Shown piece after piece: positions 10,592 to 20,641 of a stretch of DNA of 32,000 nt. The notes under the pieces are model-generated. The model saw only the letters and a program-made list of their open reading frames with translations. It was not told the DNA's origin and made no database searches. How positions within the stretch are numbered: position 1 is the stretch's first letter; every line of letters begins with the position of its first letter. The stretch spans positions 480,001 to 512,000 of the forward strand of contig NC_006138.1 of the NCBI RefSeq assembly GCF_000025945.1. The letters are read 5' to 3'. The DNA is from Desulfotalea psychrophila LSv54. Lineage in GTDB: Bacteria > Desulfobacterota > Desulfobulbia > Desulfobulbales > Desulfocapsaceae. Position numbers and translations under genes: made by a program.

Positions 10592-11323
10592 CTAGTTACT
10601 TTCACAGCAAAAACGTTTCAAGCCCAAGTGATCAGCGGCGGCAGCCACGGTTGTACCAAAGAAAAGTGTTGGTTTATCCTTAAGGATAAAATCACCAATG
10701 GTATCGTTGACAATGGTGGAACCGGTAGCCACAATCAGTTCAGCATCTGCAACGGCAGCAGCACTACTGTCCGGCCCCTCAATGACAACACCACACTTCT
10801 GATTACCAATATTATCTGGATCAAGATCCACTATTCTCAGGGTAAATTTTTCGGCCAAGGCTTCAATCAACTTGGGTTGATAACCAATTTGAGTAATGCG
10901 TACCTGGCCATACTTCTCCATGATATAGTCGGCCATCTTAGGAGCACAGATACTCGGGCCCTTATCCCGACAGTGGATGGTTCGATCTGTCTTACCCAAA
11001 CTACGCTGAACCGCATTAAGACTGGCCACAAAGATCGCCCGACGAAAGTTATTATCCAATTTCATCTCAGCTATTTCACGAAGAGATGAACTAAAATCAC
11101 CAAAGGTATCTGTAAAGGCCTGGCCCCGCTCATTGCGAAATTGAGCTTCCATAAGTTTTTCTTTGCCCCGTTGCAGGGGAAAATCATCACCCTCCGGGTT
11201 GCCAATGGCCTCCTCCGTGCTCAGGGTACGGGCCGTTATAGCAATACTCTCACCGAGAATTCCCTCCTTCATCCATATTTCCCGGGCCTCTGCCTGCAAC
11301 TGATTCAAGATTGGTCTGTTCAT
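10592..11323 (-). CDS. DUF364 / putative heavy-metal-chelation-domain protein in a Mo/W transporter operon
   Basis: 243 aa; GQVRITQIGYQPKLIEALAEKFTLRIVDLDPDNIG and DAELIVATGSTIVNDTIGDFI match the DUF364 pattern. Same strand as, and adjacent to, the ABC transporter genes. Confidence 0.7.
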   Translation of the reverse strand: MNRPILNQLQAEAREIWMKEGILGESIAITARTLSTEEAIGNPEGDDFPLQRGKEKLMEAQFRNERGQAFTDTFGDFSSSLREIAEMKLDNNFRRAIFVASLNAVQRSLGKTDRTIHCRDKGPSICAPKMADYIMEKYGQVRITQIGYQPKLIEALAEKFTLRIVDLDPDNIGNQKCGVVIEGPDSSAAAVADAELIVATGSTIVNDTIGDFILKDKPTLFFGTTVAAAADHLGLKRFCCESN

Positions 11324-11335
11324 GAAAAATCCTTA

Positions 11336-12019
11336 TTATGTGTTAGATATTTTTTTCAGGGCAATAAACATAGCTACAGATGCAGACCCTATTATAAGAG
11401 AGAGCACCACAGCCCTCTCAAATTCTCCATTAAAAACAGCATTGTATATTTCTAAAGAGAGGGTATTTGTTCTGCCAATAACATTGCCACCAAGCATAAG
11501 GGTAATGCCAACTTCCCCCAAGGAACGGCCCATGGCCAAGAGCATCCCGGTCACAATACTGCCCTTAACATAGGGAATGAGTACTCGAATCAGTATGGTC
11601 GTTTCCGATTTGCCAAGCACTGCCGCAACTTCAGAGAGCCGAGTGGCCTCAGCCGAGGCCAGGGCAGTCTGTACCGGTTTTATGGCAAGGGGCAGGCCGG
11701 CAATAAAGGCAGCGATAACTAAACCGGGAAAGCTAAAAATAATCCTCTCCCCGAGGAGACTGGCAAATGGTCCCTGTCGGCCAAGTAAGAGAAGAAGGGC
11801 AAAGCCCGTTGCTATAGGTGGAAACACCAGCGGAAAGGTTACAGCGGTATCAACAACATTCTTCAACACCCCACGTGAACGCGCAAGCCAACAGGCCAGA
11901 GGCACACTTAAGAAGAGCTGCATAAAGCCAGAGACAAGCAGGACACGAGCCGAAAGGGCAAGCGGGTCCAGAGTCTCACTATCTGAGAGAATAGCAAAAA
12001 ATCCCATCCTACATTCCAT
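11336..12019 (-). CDS. Molybdate/tungstate-type ABC transporter permease (ModB-like)
   Basis: 227 aa membrane protein; TFPLVFPPIATGFALLLLLGRQGP and MGRSLGEVGITLMLGGNVIGRTNTLSLEIYNAV. Confidence 0.85.
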   Translation of the reverse strand: MECRMGFFAILSDSETLDPLALSARVLLVSGFMQLFLSVPLACWLARSRGVLKNVVDTAVTFPLVFPPIATGFALLLLLGRQGPFASLLGERIIFSFPGLVIAAFIAGLPLAIKPVQTALASAEATRLSEVAAVLGKSETTILIRVLIPYVKGSIVTGMLLAMGRSLGEVGITLMLGGNVIGRTNTLSLEIYNAVFNGEFERAVVLSLIIGSASVAMFIALKKISNT

Positions 12020-12731
12020 GTTCGGCTACTATCTTACGAGCCCCTTCCGTATCAAGAAAACTCAAAAAATCTGCACACGCCTCTATTTTGACAGAGCTTG
12101 CCATCTCGCCCACAACAATTTTAATAGGCAGGTAGGCCTTTTCATCAACGATGGTATAACCGCCTATGCTTTTTTCAATCTTACGGGCATGGGTAAGGTT
12201 GATAAATGCAAAATCAACTTCACCGGCGACAATATATGATCCTGCCTGAGGTACTGTGGAAACCACAAGAATATTTGGTTTTGCCCCATCGTAAACCCCC
12301 TTGTTTTTCAGATACTCTATGGCCGCCTTGCCATAAATAGCACGGGAGGTATCAGGAATAGCAATGCGGCTTACATCGCTTGCAAGTAAATCATTTGCCC
12401 CCGTGAAATGAGATCCCTTGGGATAAGCTACCACCAATTTTCCCCGTCCCACCAAGGTGGTGGTGGCAAAGCCAAGCTTGGCCCTTTTAAAAAAAGAGGC
12501 ATCACCCAAGACCAGATCTACAGCGCCGCTTACCCGAGCCTGAGCAATTACCCGAGCCATATTTCCATAGATAAGTTCTACCTTATTCCCTGTTTGAGCA
12601 TGATAGGCATCAACAAGGTCATCAACAACGGAACGATATCCCGCTCCAGAGGCAAGGACCACTGCTGCCTGGGAGGAGAGGGGGAGGGCCAACAAAAACA
12701 TTAACAACAAGGATAGGCTACGAACACGCAT
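12009..12731 (-). CDS. ModA-like periplasmic substrate-binding protein
   Basis: Signal peptide MRVRSLSLLLMFLLALPLSSQA; VVLASGAGYRSVVDDLVDAYHAQTGNKVELIYGNMARVIAQARVSGAVDLVLGD. Confidence 0.85.
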   Translation of the reverse strand: MRVRSLSLLLMFLLALPLSSQAAVVLASGAGYRSVVDDLVDAYHAQTGNKVELIYGNMARVIAQARVSGAVDLVLGDASFFKRAKLGFATTTLVGRGKLVVAYPKGSHFTGANDLLASDVSRIAIPDTSRAIYGKAAIEYLKNKGVYDGAKPNILVVSTVPQAGSYIVAGEVDFAFINLTHARKIEKSIGGYTIVDEKAYLPIKIVVGEMASSVKIEACADFLSFLDTEGARKIVAEHGM

Positions 12732-12755
12732 GAAAAATTCTCCACTTATTCAATA

Positions 12756-13436
12756 TTATTGGGATAATTGGACCGCTCTAAGGTTTTTTTGCCTCTCCAG
12801 CCACTGCGGAGCAAGCCGTCCCTCCTCGACTACACAAATATCATCGGCAAGATAAAAGGCCTCTTCCAAATCGTGGGTAACATGGATTACCGGAATATTA
12901 AGGATCTCTTTTATTTTTTTAAGTTCGCCACGAAGATTGGTTCTGGTGGCCACATCTAAAGCAGAGAAAGGCTCATCGAGCAGAAGCAGGGCCGGTTTAC
13001 GGGCAAGGGCCTGACAGAAGGCAACCCGTTGCCGCTCCCCACCGGAAATCCCAGCAGGCCTGCGCTCAGCGATATGGTCAACACCAAATCGAACCAAGAG
13101 CTCCTGAACGCAATCTTTATCGACGGCGGCAAAGGCCACATTTTTTCTAACCGTGAGATGAGGGAAAAGGGTATATTCTTGGAAGACAAGACCAACACCT
13201 CGATCTTGAGGAGGTATACAGAGATTATTGCAGGTATCATTCCACAGCACTCCGTCAAGGGAAACGGTGCCATGATCAGGACGTTCAAGACCGGAAATAA
13301 TCCTTATCAAGGTACTTTTTCCAGCACCGGATGGACCAACAATGGCGGTAAGAGATCCCGCAGGACAGACCAGAGAGAGGTCCAGGGTAAAATTTGCCAG
13401 CTTCTTACGGATATCCAAACAGAGAGTCATAAACAA
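12756..13436 (-). CDS. ABC transporter ATP-binding protein, Mo/W type, lacking the long C-terminal domain of the upstream modC
   Basis: Walker A VGPSGAGKSTLIRIISGLERP, signature ISGGERQRVAFCQALARKP, Walker B LLLLDEPFSALD; about 226 aa. Confidence 0.9.
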   Translation of the reverse strand: MFMTLCLDIRKKLANFTLDLSLVCPAGSLTAIVGPSGAGKSTLIRIISGLERPDHGTVSLDGVLWNDTCNNLCIPPQDRGVGLVFQEYTLFPHLTVRKNVAFAAVDKDCVQELLVRFGVDHIAERRPAGISGGERQRVAFCQALARKPALLLLDEPFSALDVATRTNLRGELKKIKEILNIPVIHVTHDLEEAFYLADDICVVEEGRLAPQWLERQKNLRAVQLSQ

Positions 13437-14268
13437 TTACCAATTCCCAAAAAATGCCATCAACAATAGAAGTAGTAAGAAATACAACTTAAATAACATT
13501 TTGCAAGATATAATAAAAACAACTGGGCCACAAAGTACCACTCTGTGGCATCAATTTAATTATGGCAAGTTAACTCTTTTATTCGTTACGGAAAAACTTC
13601 TTATTTACAGCTATTAGATGAGAAAACAAGAGATTAGACTAAAGCCTTAACCAAACAATAACAAATTCGCCAATAAAAACATCACCGCAAGTCTTAGCCA
13701 GAGATCAGCTAAAAGGAAATTGTCGAACGACCATTTAGGACAGGAGCCAATTATCTCTCTATAAAATGTACGGGAGAGGGAGACAGAAACAAACAGCCAT
13801 TTACTGGCTGGGCACAAAAGAAGAAGCCCCCTGACAATCGCCACAAAGATCATTCTCAAGGCAGGGCCACGCTCGTTACGCTACCTCAAACCGACGGCCA
13901 AGACCATCTTGGTCGTCAACTACCCTGGAGGATCTCCACAGAAAAAGCTCTCACAGCCAGTACCAGCTGCAAGTGCTCATTATAAAAAACTGACAAAAAA
14001 GCTCATCTCTTACGGGTGGCAAAGATACCCCCCGGTTCATGGAGATTCTCAAGCAGAAATACAATGAGACAGGGCAACACTACTGATAAAATGCATGCAC
14101 CCAGCAATAGACGACAGGTCGTAAGAGCCAAGTAGCCCTAGCGCTCACAGCTCTTATAATAAAAAAATGTGGGATTCCAGTGTGTTTTGCCGACCCAGAA
14201 AGGGACGACAAAAAAGCAGACAAAGGAGAGTAGCCAACCATAATTGGCTATTGAGCAAACAACTGCCA

Positions 14269-14297
14269 AGAATCGCAGTAGAAAGAACTGCGATTCT
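14269..14297 (-). terminator. Candidate terminator of the chemoreceptor gene
   Basis: Perfect 11-bp inverted repeat AGAATCGCAGT - AGAAAGA - ACTGCGATTCT, 20 bp past the stop at 14317. No strong T-tract follows. Confidence 0.5.
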
Positions 14298-14316
14298 CGG
14301 GGGTGGGGAGCAGTCG

Positions 14317-16308
14317 CTAAGCCACCTTAAACCTGCTGACTAGCCTGGCCAACCCCTCGGCAAGCATTGACAGCTCTATGGCATTCTCTTTAACATTCCG
14401 ACTTCCCTGATTGATCTCTTCTGAATCTGATCTAATTATAGTAATTTCCGCTGTCACCTCGCGACTGGCAGTGGAGCTCTCAGCGACATTTCCACTTACC
14501 TCGACAATACCAGATGAGGCCTGAACAATATTTTCTGCAATTTCAGAACTTACCGCAGATTGTTCTTCAACAGCTGTGGCAATAGAGTATATGACCTCAT
14601 TCACCTCTGTTATCACCTCAGTGATTGTCTCGATGCCTGTAATCGAACCCGTTGTTGTCTTCTGCATCTCCTCTATCTGATGCCTGATATCAACGGTTGC
14701 CTCGGCCGTCTGCTTGGCAAGATCCTTTATCTCATTAGCCACAACCGCAAAACCCTTACCCGCATCACCGGCTCGCGCTGCCTCAATGGTGGCATTAAGG
14801 GCAAGCAGGTTAGTCTGCTCAGATATCTCAGTAATTGTCTCAGTAACCCTACCTATCTTGTTGGCCGCAGCCCCAAGCGCACCCATATTCGACGAGGTGT
14901 CAATGGATTGCTGCACTGCCTGTTCAGATATGTTTTTAGCCTTAGCGGCATTCTGAGCGATCTCGTTCACCGTTGCTGTCATCTCTTCCGTGGCCGTAGC
15001 AACCATACCAACATTACCAGCCGACTGTTCCATTGCTGCCGAGACTGAGCTCATATTCACACTCATCTGTTCAGCTGCAGAGGCAACATTTATGGCACGA
15101 CTAGAGGTGTTCTCGGCATTACCAGAGAGTTGCGCTGAAACGGCAGAAAGCTCGGTTGAGGCGGAGGCAAGAGCTGATATATCTTCGACTATCTCCTTAA
15201 TCATTGTCCCAAGCCCAGCCACCATTCTGTTCAGGGCATGAGCCATCCTGCCAATTTCATCCTCTTGAGCAATATCAAGATGAGAGGAGAAATCTCCACT
15301 GGCAAGAACATCCACATAATCCATCATCTTCCCAACAGGCCCCGTAATAGACCTGGTAATAAGCAGGGCTGCGACAAGGCCTATAAGAAGTGCTATTGCA
15401 GAGGTCAGCAATGCTATCATAATAGTCTGCTTACTCTTTGCCTGAACGGCAAGGCCAAGCTGATCCTGTTCCGCCTTGAGGGATAGTTTTAACTCTCTAA
15501 TAATAAGCGACATCTTCGGGCCCATCTTTGCGAGAGTCCCTGAGATTATCCTGTTACACGTGTGTGTATCGGCAACCACTTTTTTAAAACCAGAAAGATA
15601 CTCCTCTGCATCCCTGCTCATATCTGCATTCATTTTTTTTAGGATTGGATCCTGCAGTAGCCTCTGCAAACGTTCTGCCCCTGACAAAAGAGCAGAAATT
15701 TCATCCAAAACAAGCTCTTCATCCAAGTTACTGCTGGTCTTTAAAAATTTAGTAACATAGAGTCTTCCCAAGAGCATATGGCGAAGAAGGACAGCTGCCT
15801 CATAGCCTGTCGCAGCATCACCCTTATCTTTAGCAGAAACCATTAAAGCTGAAAGTTGTTTTTCCATACTTGCACCCTGCACGGCAAGCTCATTCTTAAC
15901 AAGACTGTCACGCTTTTGAGTCAGACTAACAAGCTGGGAAAATGCCTGGTCGTAACGAGCAAAATCAGCCTCATACCTCTCCACGAGTTTGCCCCGTTCA
16001 GGGCTAACCATTCGCTCACGGGCCTCTCTAAGAAATGAACCCATTTCTTCTTTATATTTTAGATAAATGGCAACATCTTTCTCACTTGATGTCGTAATAA
16101 ATCCCTTGACCCCCATACGCATCGTCAGCATATTTGCCTGCAGGCGACCAACGAGATTGGTCTCGTCCGCCATGACCCTATAGGTCACGAAATTATCCGC
16201 CAAAGACCCCAACCCCTGCCAGGCAACGGAGGAGACCAGTAGCAAAAGAACAAGAACGGCCCCAAAGCCTGTGCCAATCTTAGTCGCTAAATTCATTTTA
16301 TTAAACAT
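14317..16308 (-). CDS. Methyl-accepting chemotaxis protein
   Basis: 663 aa: TM, helical-type sensor region, second TM, HAMP-like region, and signaling tip [43 protein letters not shown]. Confidence 0.95.
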   Translation of the reverse strand: MFNKMNLATKIGTGFGAVLVLLLLVSSVAWQGLGSLADNFVTYRVMADETNLVGRLQANMLTMRMGVKGFITTSSEKDVAIYLKYKEEMGSFLREARERMVSPERGKLVERYEADFARYDQAFSQLVSLTQKRDSLVKNELAVQGASMEKQLSALMVSAKDKGDAATGYEAAVLLRHMLLGRLYVTKFLKTSSNLDEELVLDEISALLSGAERLQRLLQDPILKKMNADMSRDAEEYLSGFKKVVADTHTCNRIISGTLAKMGPKMSLIIRELKLSLKAEQDQLGLAVQAKSKQTIMIALLTSAIALLIGLVAALLITRSITGPVGKMMDYVDVLASGDFSSHLDIAQEDEIGRMAHALNRMVAGLGTMIKEIVEDISALASASTELSAVSAQLSGNAENTSSRAINVASAAEQMSVNMSSVSAAMEQSAGNVGMVATATEEMTATVNEIAQNAAKAKNISEQAVQQSIDTSSNMGALGAAANKIGRVTETITEISEQTNLLALNATIEAARAGDAGKGFAVVANEIKDLAKQTAEATVDIRHQIEEMQKTTTGSITGIETITEVITEVNEVIYSIATAVEEQSAVSSEIAENIVQASSGIVEVSGNVAESSTASREVTAEITIIRSDSEEINQGSRNVKENAIELSMLAEGLARLVSRFKVA

Positions 16309-17033
16309 TACTCACTCCACTCGTGTTTTCTACATAGCATACCAAACCTCTTAGGACACCCTAAGAATAGACTACCGATATTGCACTAAGCGTACCAATT
16401 GACATACCAGCCTACAAAAACCTGAAAAATAACAATAAAACAATGATATAGACAGGAGTAAACTTGCCATTGGCCCTTAACTATCTCAGCTGTTGACCAG
16501 CTGAGATGGCTAAGGGGAAAAATGAAGGCAAAAAGACCTCCCTAAAAACCAATAACAGCAGGAAAACCCTTCTCATTGCTCAACAACCAGTCAATAAAAC
16601 GCCTAATAAACAGAGAAAACAGAAGATCCTTTTGAAGGTGGCAAAAAAGCCTCCTTGCATCGCCTCCCCCTTGCCAAAATAAATTCTGAACCAATATCAA
16701 ATTATTACAGCCTGTATTTTCGATGAATTAATGAACATTCTACCTTGACCATAATGGCCAAATAACGTTATTTTACCGCAAAATTTCTGAGGCTATTAAT
16801 ATGCAAGAGACATGAGAAGGACCAGCCACTATTTGCATTAAAGATTCCACCACAGCCTGATAGTGCACTGAAACTAGCCAGACCATAGACCAGCCCCCAA
16901 GGTAGGTAACTGCTTCTCTGCACCTTTATGTCAATTACAGTGGTAATTGCTATAATGGGTCTAAGGCCTTTACCCCAAAATGCTTGGCCTCACCGCTTAA
17001 CCCCATAATTATGCTTTATAATGTGATAGAATT

Positions 17034-18149
17034 ATGAAAGAAAAAATAGCTGCCCACGACGCTGGGGAGAAGATGTTACTGGAACACAAATATCTGCAAT
17101 CACTTCGTCTCATAACAAGGGGAGTAAGCCACGAATACAACAATATATTCACCGGATTATCTGGGCAATTTCAATTACTCAATAAAGAGATCAAAACAGA
17201 TGACAATCATCACAGAGCCCTGATATCGGAACTTTTAGAACGTGGTTGCCAAAAGACCTCTCTCCTCCATGATTTTTCCAGATATAGTTCAGAGAAAAAA
17301 GAGCTGCACTCAGTGATTCAAGCGGCGGAGATGGCCATTGAATTCCTGGACACAATCTCCAACTCGCACCATTTTACCCTGGAAAGAGGAGAAAACCTCC
17401 CGCGACTGCAGTGCTCCATGAAAGAAATTACCATGGCAATATTTTATCTGGGAGAAAATGCTATTGAGGCAATGCCAGGTGGGGGAACTATTCGAATAGT
17501 AATCAGCACCGACACTGTCCAGACGGGTTTTCTCTCCATCGCTGTCATTGACCGCGGCCGAGGCATAGCCCCTGATATTGAGCATGACCTGTTTAAACCA
17601 TTTATCAGTAGCAAAAATTCTTCAGCAGAAGTCTGCGGTCTTGGATTGTACGCAACCCACTCTATCATGCAACAACACCAGGGCACTGTCTCTATTTCAC
17701 AAGATAAAGACACCGTTGCCACCATCAGCCTGCCATACGAACAAGGGCAAGAGAAACAGGCACCGATGCCCACTCCCCCCCTTATGCAAAGAGACAATCA
17801 GGCAAAGCAGATATTTTTTATTATTGAGGATGACAATGCCCTGCGTGACTTTATCTCCACAGGCCTGCAACGACACGGCCATATAGTCTTCTCAGCTGCA
17901 AGCTGTGCCGAGGCCGTGGAGGAGTTTAAATTTGTCCACGAGATGATCACCGTCATCCTGCTTGATATCGGTTTAAACGACTGTGATGGTTTCAGCTGTC
18001 TTGAAAAAATAGTGCAAATAGATATGCCGAAGCAGATAGTATTCATGTCAGGCGGAGAGATCACAGAGAAGATGAAATATGGTGCCAGGTTCCTGCAGAA
18101 GCCATTCACCATAAAACAGATTGAGGAACTTATATCGCATGCCGAATAA
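17034..18149 (+). CDS. Soluble hybrid histidine kinase (kinase core plus C-terminal receiver), no obvious sensor domain
   Basis: 371 aa; H-box-like LITRGVSHEYNNIFTGL, ENAIEAMPGGG (N box), DRGRGIAPDI (G1), CGLGLYATHSIMQQHQG (G2). Receiver: FFIIEDDNALRDFISTGL ... VILLDIGLNDCDG ... FLQKPFT. Confidence 0.9.
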   Translation: MKEKIAAHDAGEKMLLEHKYLQSLRLITRGVSHEYNNIFTGLSGQFQLLNKEIKTDDNHHRALISELLERGCQKTSLLHDFSRYSSEKKELHSVIQAAEMAIEFLDTISNSHHFTLERGENLPRLQCSMKEITMAIFYLGENAIEAMPGGGTIRIVISTDTVQTGFLSIAVIDRGRGIAPDIEHDLFKPFISSKNSSAEVCGLGLYATHSIMQQHQGTVSISQDKDTVATISLPYEQGQEKQAPMPTPPLMQRDNQAKQIFFIIEDDNALRDFISTGLQRHGHIVFSAASCAEAVEEFKFVHEMITVILLDIGLNDCDGFSCLEKIVQIDMPKQIVFMSGGEITEKMKYGARFLQKPFTIKQIEELISHAE

Positions 18150-19536
18150 GACGCTAACGAATCACAAATCTGCCCGGGCACTTGTCGTTGATGATGAGAC
18201 TACAATAGCAGATTTTATCGATGATACCCTCACGGCCCAAGGCTATCAGGTGCAATCCTTCTCCGATTCAAAGGCGGCATATGGTATTGCCAGTGCACAG
18301 GATTTTGATATTGCCCTGGTGGATATCAGTATGCCGGGAATAAGCGGGGCACAGCTCTCAAAAAAAATACGAGAACGATCTCCCCAAACAGAAATTATTA
18401 TCATTACAGGCGTTCCAGACCAGGAAAATCTTGAACCATTTCTTAAAATGGGCCTTACCCAATTCCTCTTCAAACCCTTTAATCGGTCACAGCTAGCCTA
18501 CTCAGTCTATGCGGCAATGCACTTCAAGAGGCTCCGAGGTAAATATCTGACCATAGCAGCAGAGACACAGGGAAGTAGCCTCACGGGAATGTCTCGCTCT
18601 ATACGAAACATTCGTCAGGAAATACTCTCGGTGAGCAGAATCAATCTTTCGGTGCTTATCATGGGCGAATCCGGTACGGGAAAAGAGGTTATTGCCCACG
18701 ATGTGCACAAGAACAGCGAGCGCAGCAAAAAACCATTTGTCCCCATTAACTGTGCAACTCTTGGTAGCCTGGCTGAATCTGAGCTCTTTGGACACGAACG
18801 GGGAGCTTTCACCGGCGCGACAAAAACAACCAATGGCTATATAGGTGCCGCCAATGGAGGAACTCTTTTTTTTGATGAGATAGGTGAGCTTGCCCCTGAA
18901 ATCCAGGCAAAGCTTCTCCGTTTTCTCGACGACGGAGAATATAGAAGGGTTGGTAGTTCAGAGATCAGGCATGCCGATACCGGTATTATTGCCGCAACCA
19001 ACAGAGACCTTAAAAATGTGCTGCGAGGGGAGCTTCCGCCAGACCTCTTCTTCCGCCTCTCCGGTTCCGTTATCCAGGTATCACCACTTCGAGAACGTAA
19101 AGCCGATATTTTACCACTTACCCGCCATTTTCTGACCCTCTTTGGCAATGCCAAAAACACCTTCTATGATCTTTCAGCGGAGGCATGCGCCCTTCTCATT
19201 GAAGAGGAGTGGCCAGGCAATACCAGGCAACTCAAGCAGGTACTCTACAAAATCTCCCAGACCTCAACCAACCCCCAATTATCCCTTGCCGATGTACAAA
19301 AAGCCCTGGGAAGAGACAGCAAGAAGCAGGAAATACGTACCTACAAAGAGGCAAAGCATGATTTTTTACTGGAGTTTAACAGAGGATATTTTATTACCCT
19401 CCTCTCTATAACTCGTGGAAGCCTGCAACAGGCCCTGCAGATAAGCGGCATGCATAAAAAGAATTTTTATACAAAAATAAAGCAACTTGGTGTTACGGTA
19501 AAAGATTTCTCCCCAAACAGGCAACAGAAAAGCTAA
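18139..19536 (+). CDS. NtrC-family sigma-54-dependent response regulator
   Basis: Receiver ALVVDDETTIADF ... IALVDISMPG ... QFLFKPF; AAA+ domain IMGESGTGKEVIAHDVH, GHERGAFTGATK; Fis-like C-terminus. The start MPNKTL at 18139 overlaps the kinase stop, suggesting translational coupling. Confidence 0.92.
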   Translation: MPNKTLTNHKSARALVVDDETTIADFIDDTLTAQGYQVQSFSDSKAAYGIASAQDFDIALVDISMPGISGAQLSKKIRERSPQTEIIIITGVPDQENLEPFLKMGLTQFLFKPFNRSQLAYSVYAAMHFKRLRGKYLTIAAETQGSSLTGMSRSIRNIRQEILSVSRINLSVLIMGESGTGKEVIAHDVHKNSERSKKPFVPINCATLGSLAESELFGHERGAFTGATKTTNGYIGAANGGTLFFDEIGELAPEIQAKLLRFLDDGEYRRVGSSEIRHADTGIIAATNRDLKNVLRGELPPDLFFRLSGSVIQVSPLRERKADILPLTRHFLTLFGNAKNTFYDLSAEACALLIEEEWPGNTRQLKQVLYKISQTSTNPQLSLADVQKALGRDSKKQEIRTYKEAKHDFLLEFNRGYFITLLSITRGSLQQALQISGMHKKNFYTKIKQLGVTVKDFSPNRQQKS

Positions 19537-19670
19537 GCCAAGGTCTCCGAGCAGAGGGAAGATCACCTTTTTTGTGACAATAATCTCCCATGGGTTAAAA
19601 TAGTTATTCTTCCCCATGGCAGCTTTCCCGGATGCCATCGGCAAAACGACTCAACCAACAGGAGACATCC

Positions 19671-19859
19671 ATGAGTAATCCATTAGTTTCAGCTGAGGCA
19701 AGAGTGAAAAAGGCCCTTATTCTCCTCAGCGAACTTATCGAAAAGCAGCCAACAAGTCCGGTAAATAAGCTTCTGCAGAGGGTGGCGTTTGAATGTGATC
19801 TTACCCCCAAAGAGAGTGTCTCCCTCCAGCACCACTTTAATAAAAAAGAGAAGGGGTGA
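19671..19859 (+). CDS. Small hypothetical protein
   Basis: MSNPLVSAEARVKKALILLSELIEKQPTSPVNKLLQRVAFECDLTPKESVSLQHHFNKKEKG. Plausible internal ATG, with a terminator-like hairpin downstream. Confidence 0.5.
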   Translation: MSNPLVSAEARVKKALILLSELIEKQPTSPVNKLLQRVAFECDLTPKESVSLQHHFNKKEKG

Positions 19860-19873
19860 CTTTTTAAATTAGT

Positions 19874-19898
19874 CCTTTTCACTAAAAGGCCATTTTTT
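19874..19898 (+). terminator. Intrinsic terminator candidate
   Basis: CCTTTT-CACT-AAAAGG stem-loop at 19874-19889, followed by CCATTTTTT. Confidence 0.55.
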
Positions 19899-19935
19899 CA
19901 AGATTGTCCGGTAACAACAGAGAGAGGATTATACG

Positions 19936-20628
19936 ATGGACGCCTACCAACAACTCATAACCACCATTGCCCTGACCATGGGGGTCGCCTGGGCAAGTGG
20001 AATTAATCTCTATGCAACCATTGCCATGCTGGGAATTCTCGGTTCAACGGGCAATATCGATCTGCCGACTCAACTGCTGGTAGTGCAGGATCCACTGGTC
20101 ATTGGCTCCGCCGCCATCATGTACTGTGTAGAATTTTTTGCAGATAAAACTCCAGGTCTTGATACAGGCTGGGATGCTATCCACTCCTTTATCAGAATTC
20201 CGGCAGGGGTGATGCTGGCAGCAGGCGCAGTTGGCGATGTCAGCACCCCGCTGGTAGTAGCCTCGGGAATTTTAGGCGGAACGATAAGCGGGGTCAGCCA
20301 TAGCATAAAGGCAGGCAGCCGAGTACTGATCAATACCTCACCGGAGCCCTTCAGCAACTGGACGGCATCGGTATTGGAAGATGTAGCGGTAATCGCCGGT
20401 ATATGGACAGCTATAAACTACCCACTCCTCTTTATCGGCCTCTTTATTCTCTTCATCATCCTCGCCATCTGGCTCCTCCCTAAGATCATGCGGGGAATTA
20501 TCATCCTCCTGAAAAAAATCAGAGGATTTTTTGGAGCAACGCCAGAGCCAACCTCTCAGTATAAGCAGCCAGCCAGGGCAAATCCGCCAAAAAAGATAAA
20601 AAGAATTGGCCCTCCCGACAGAAAATGA
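19936..20628 (+). CDS. DUF4126-family membrane protein
   Basis: 230 aa; LTMGVAWASGINLYATIAMLGILGSTG, WDAIHSFIRIPAGVMLAAGAVGD, ILGGTISGVSHSIKAGSRVLINTSPEPFSNW. Confidence 0.85.
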   Translation: MDAYQQLITTIALTMGVAWASGINLYATIAMLGILGSTGNIDLPTQLLVVQDPLVIGSAAIMYCVEFFADKTPGLDTGWDAIHSFIRIPAGVMLAAGAVGDVSTPLVVASGILGGTISGVSHSIKAGSRVLINTSPEPFSNWTASVLEDVAVIAGIWTAINYPLLFIGLFILFIILAIWLLPKIMRGIIILLKKIRGFFGATPEPTSQYKQPARANPPKKIKRIGPPDRK

Positions 20629-20641
20629 TACACCTCAGGCC

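Noticed and set aside
13437-13620. Molybdenum-cofactor riboswitch upstream of the Mo/W operon
   Set aside because: The leader is AT-rich and I could not find conserved helices by eye. A covariance search would be needed to settle it.
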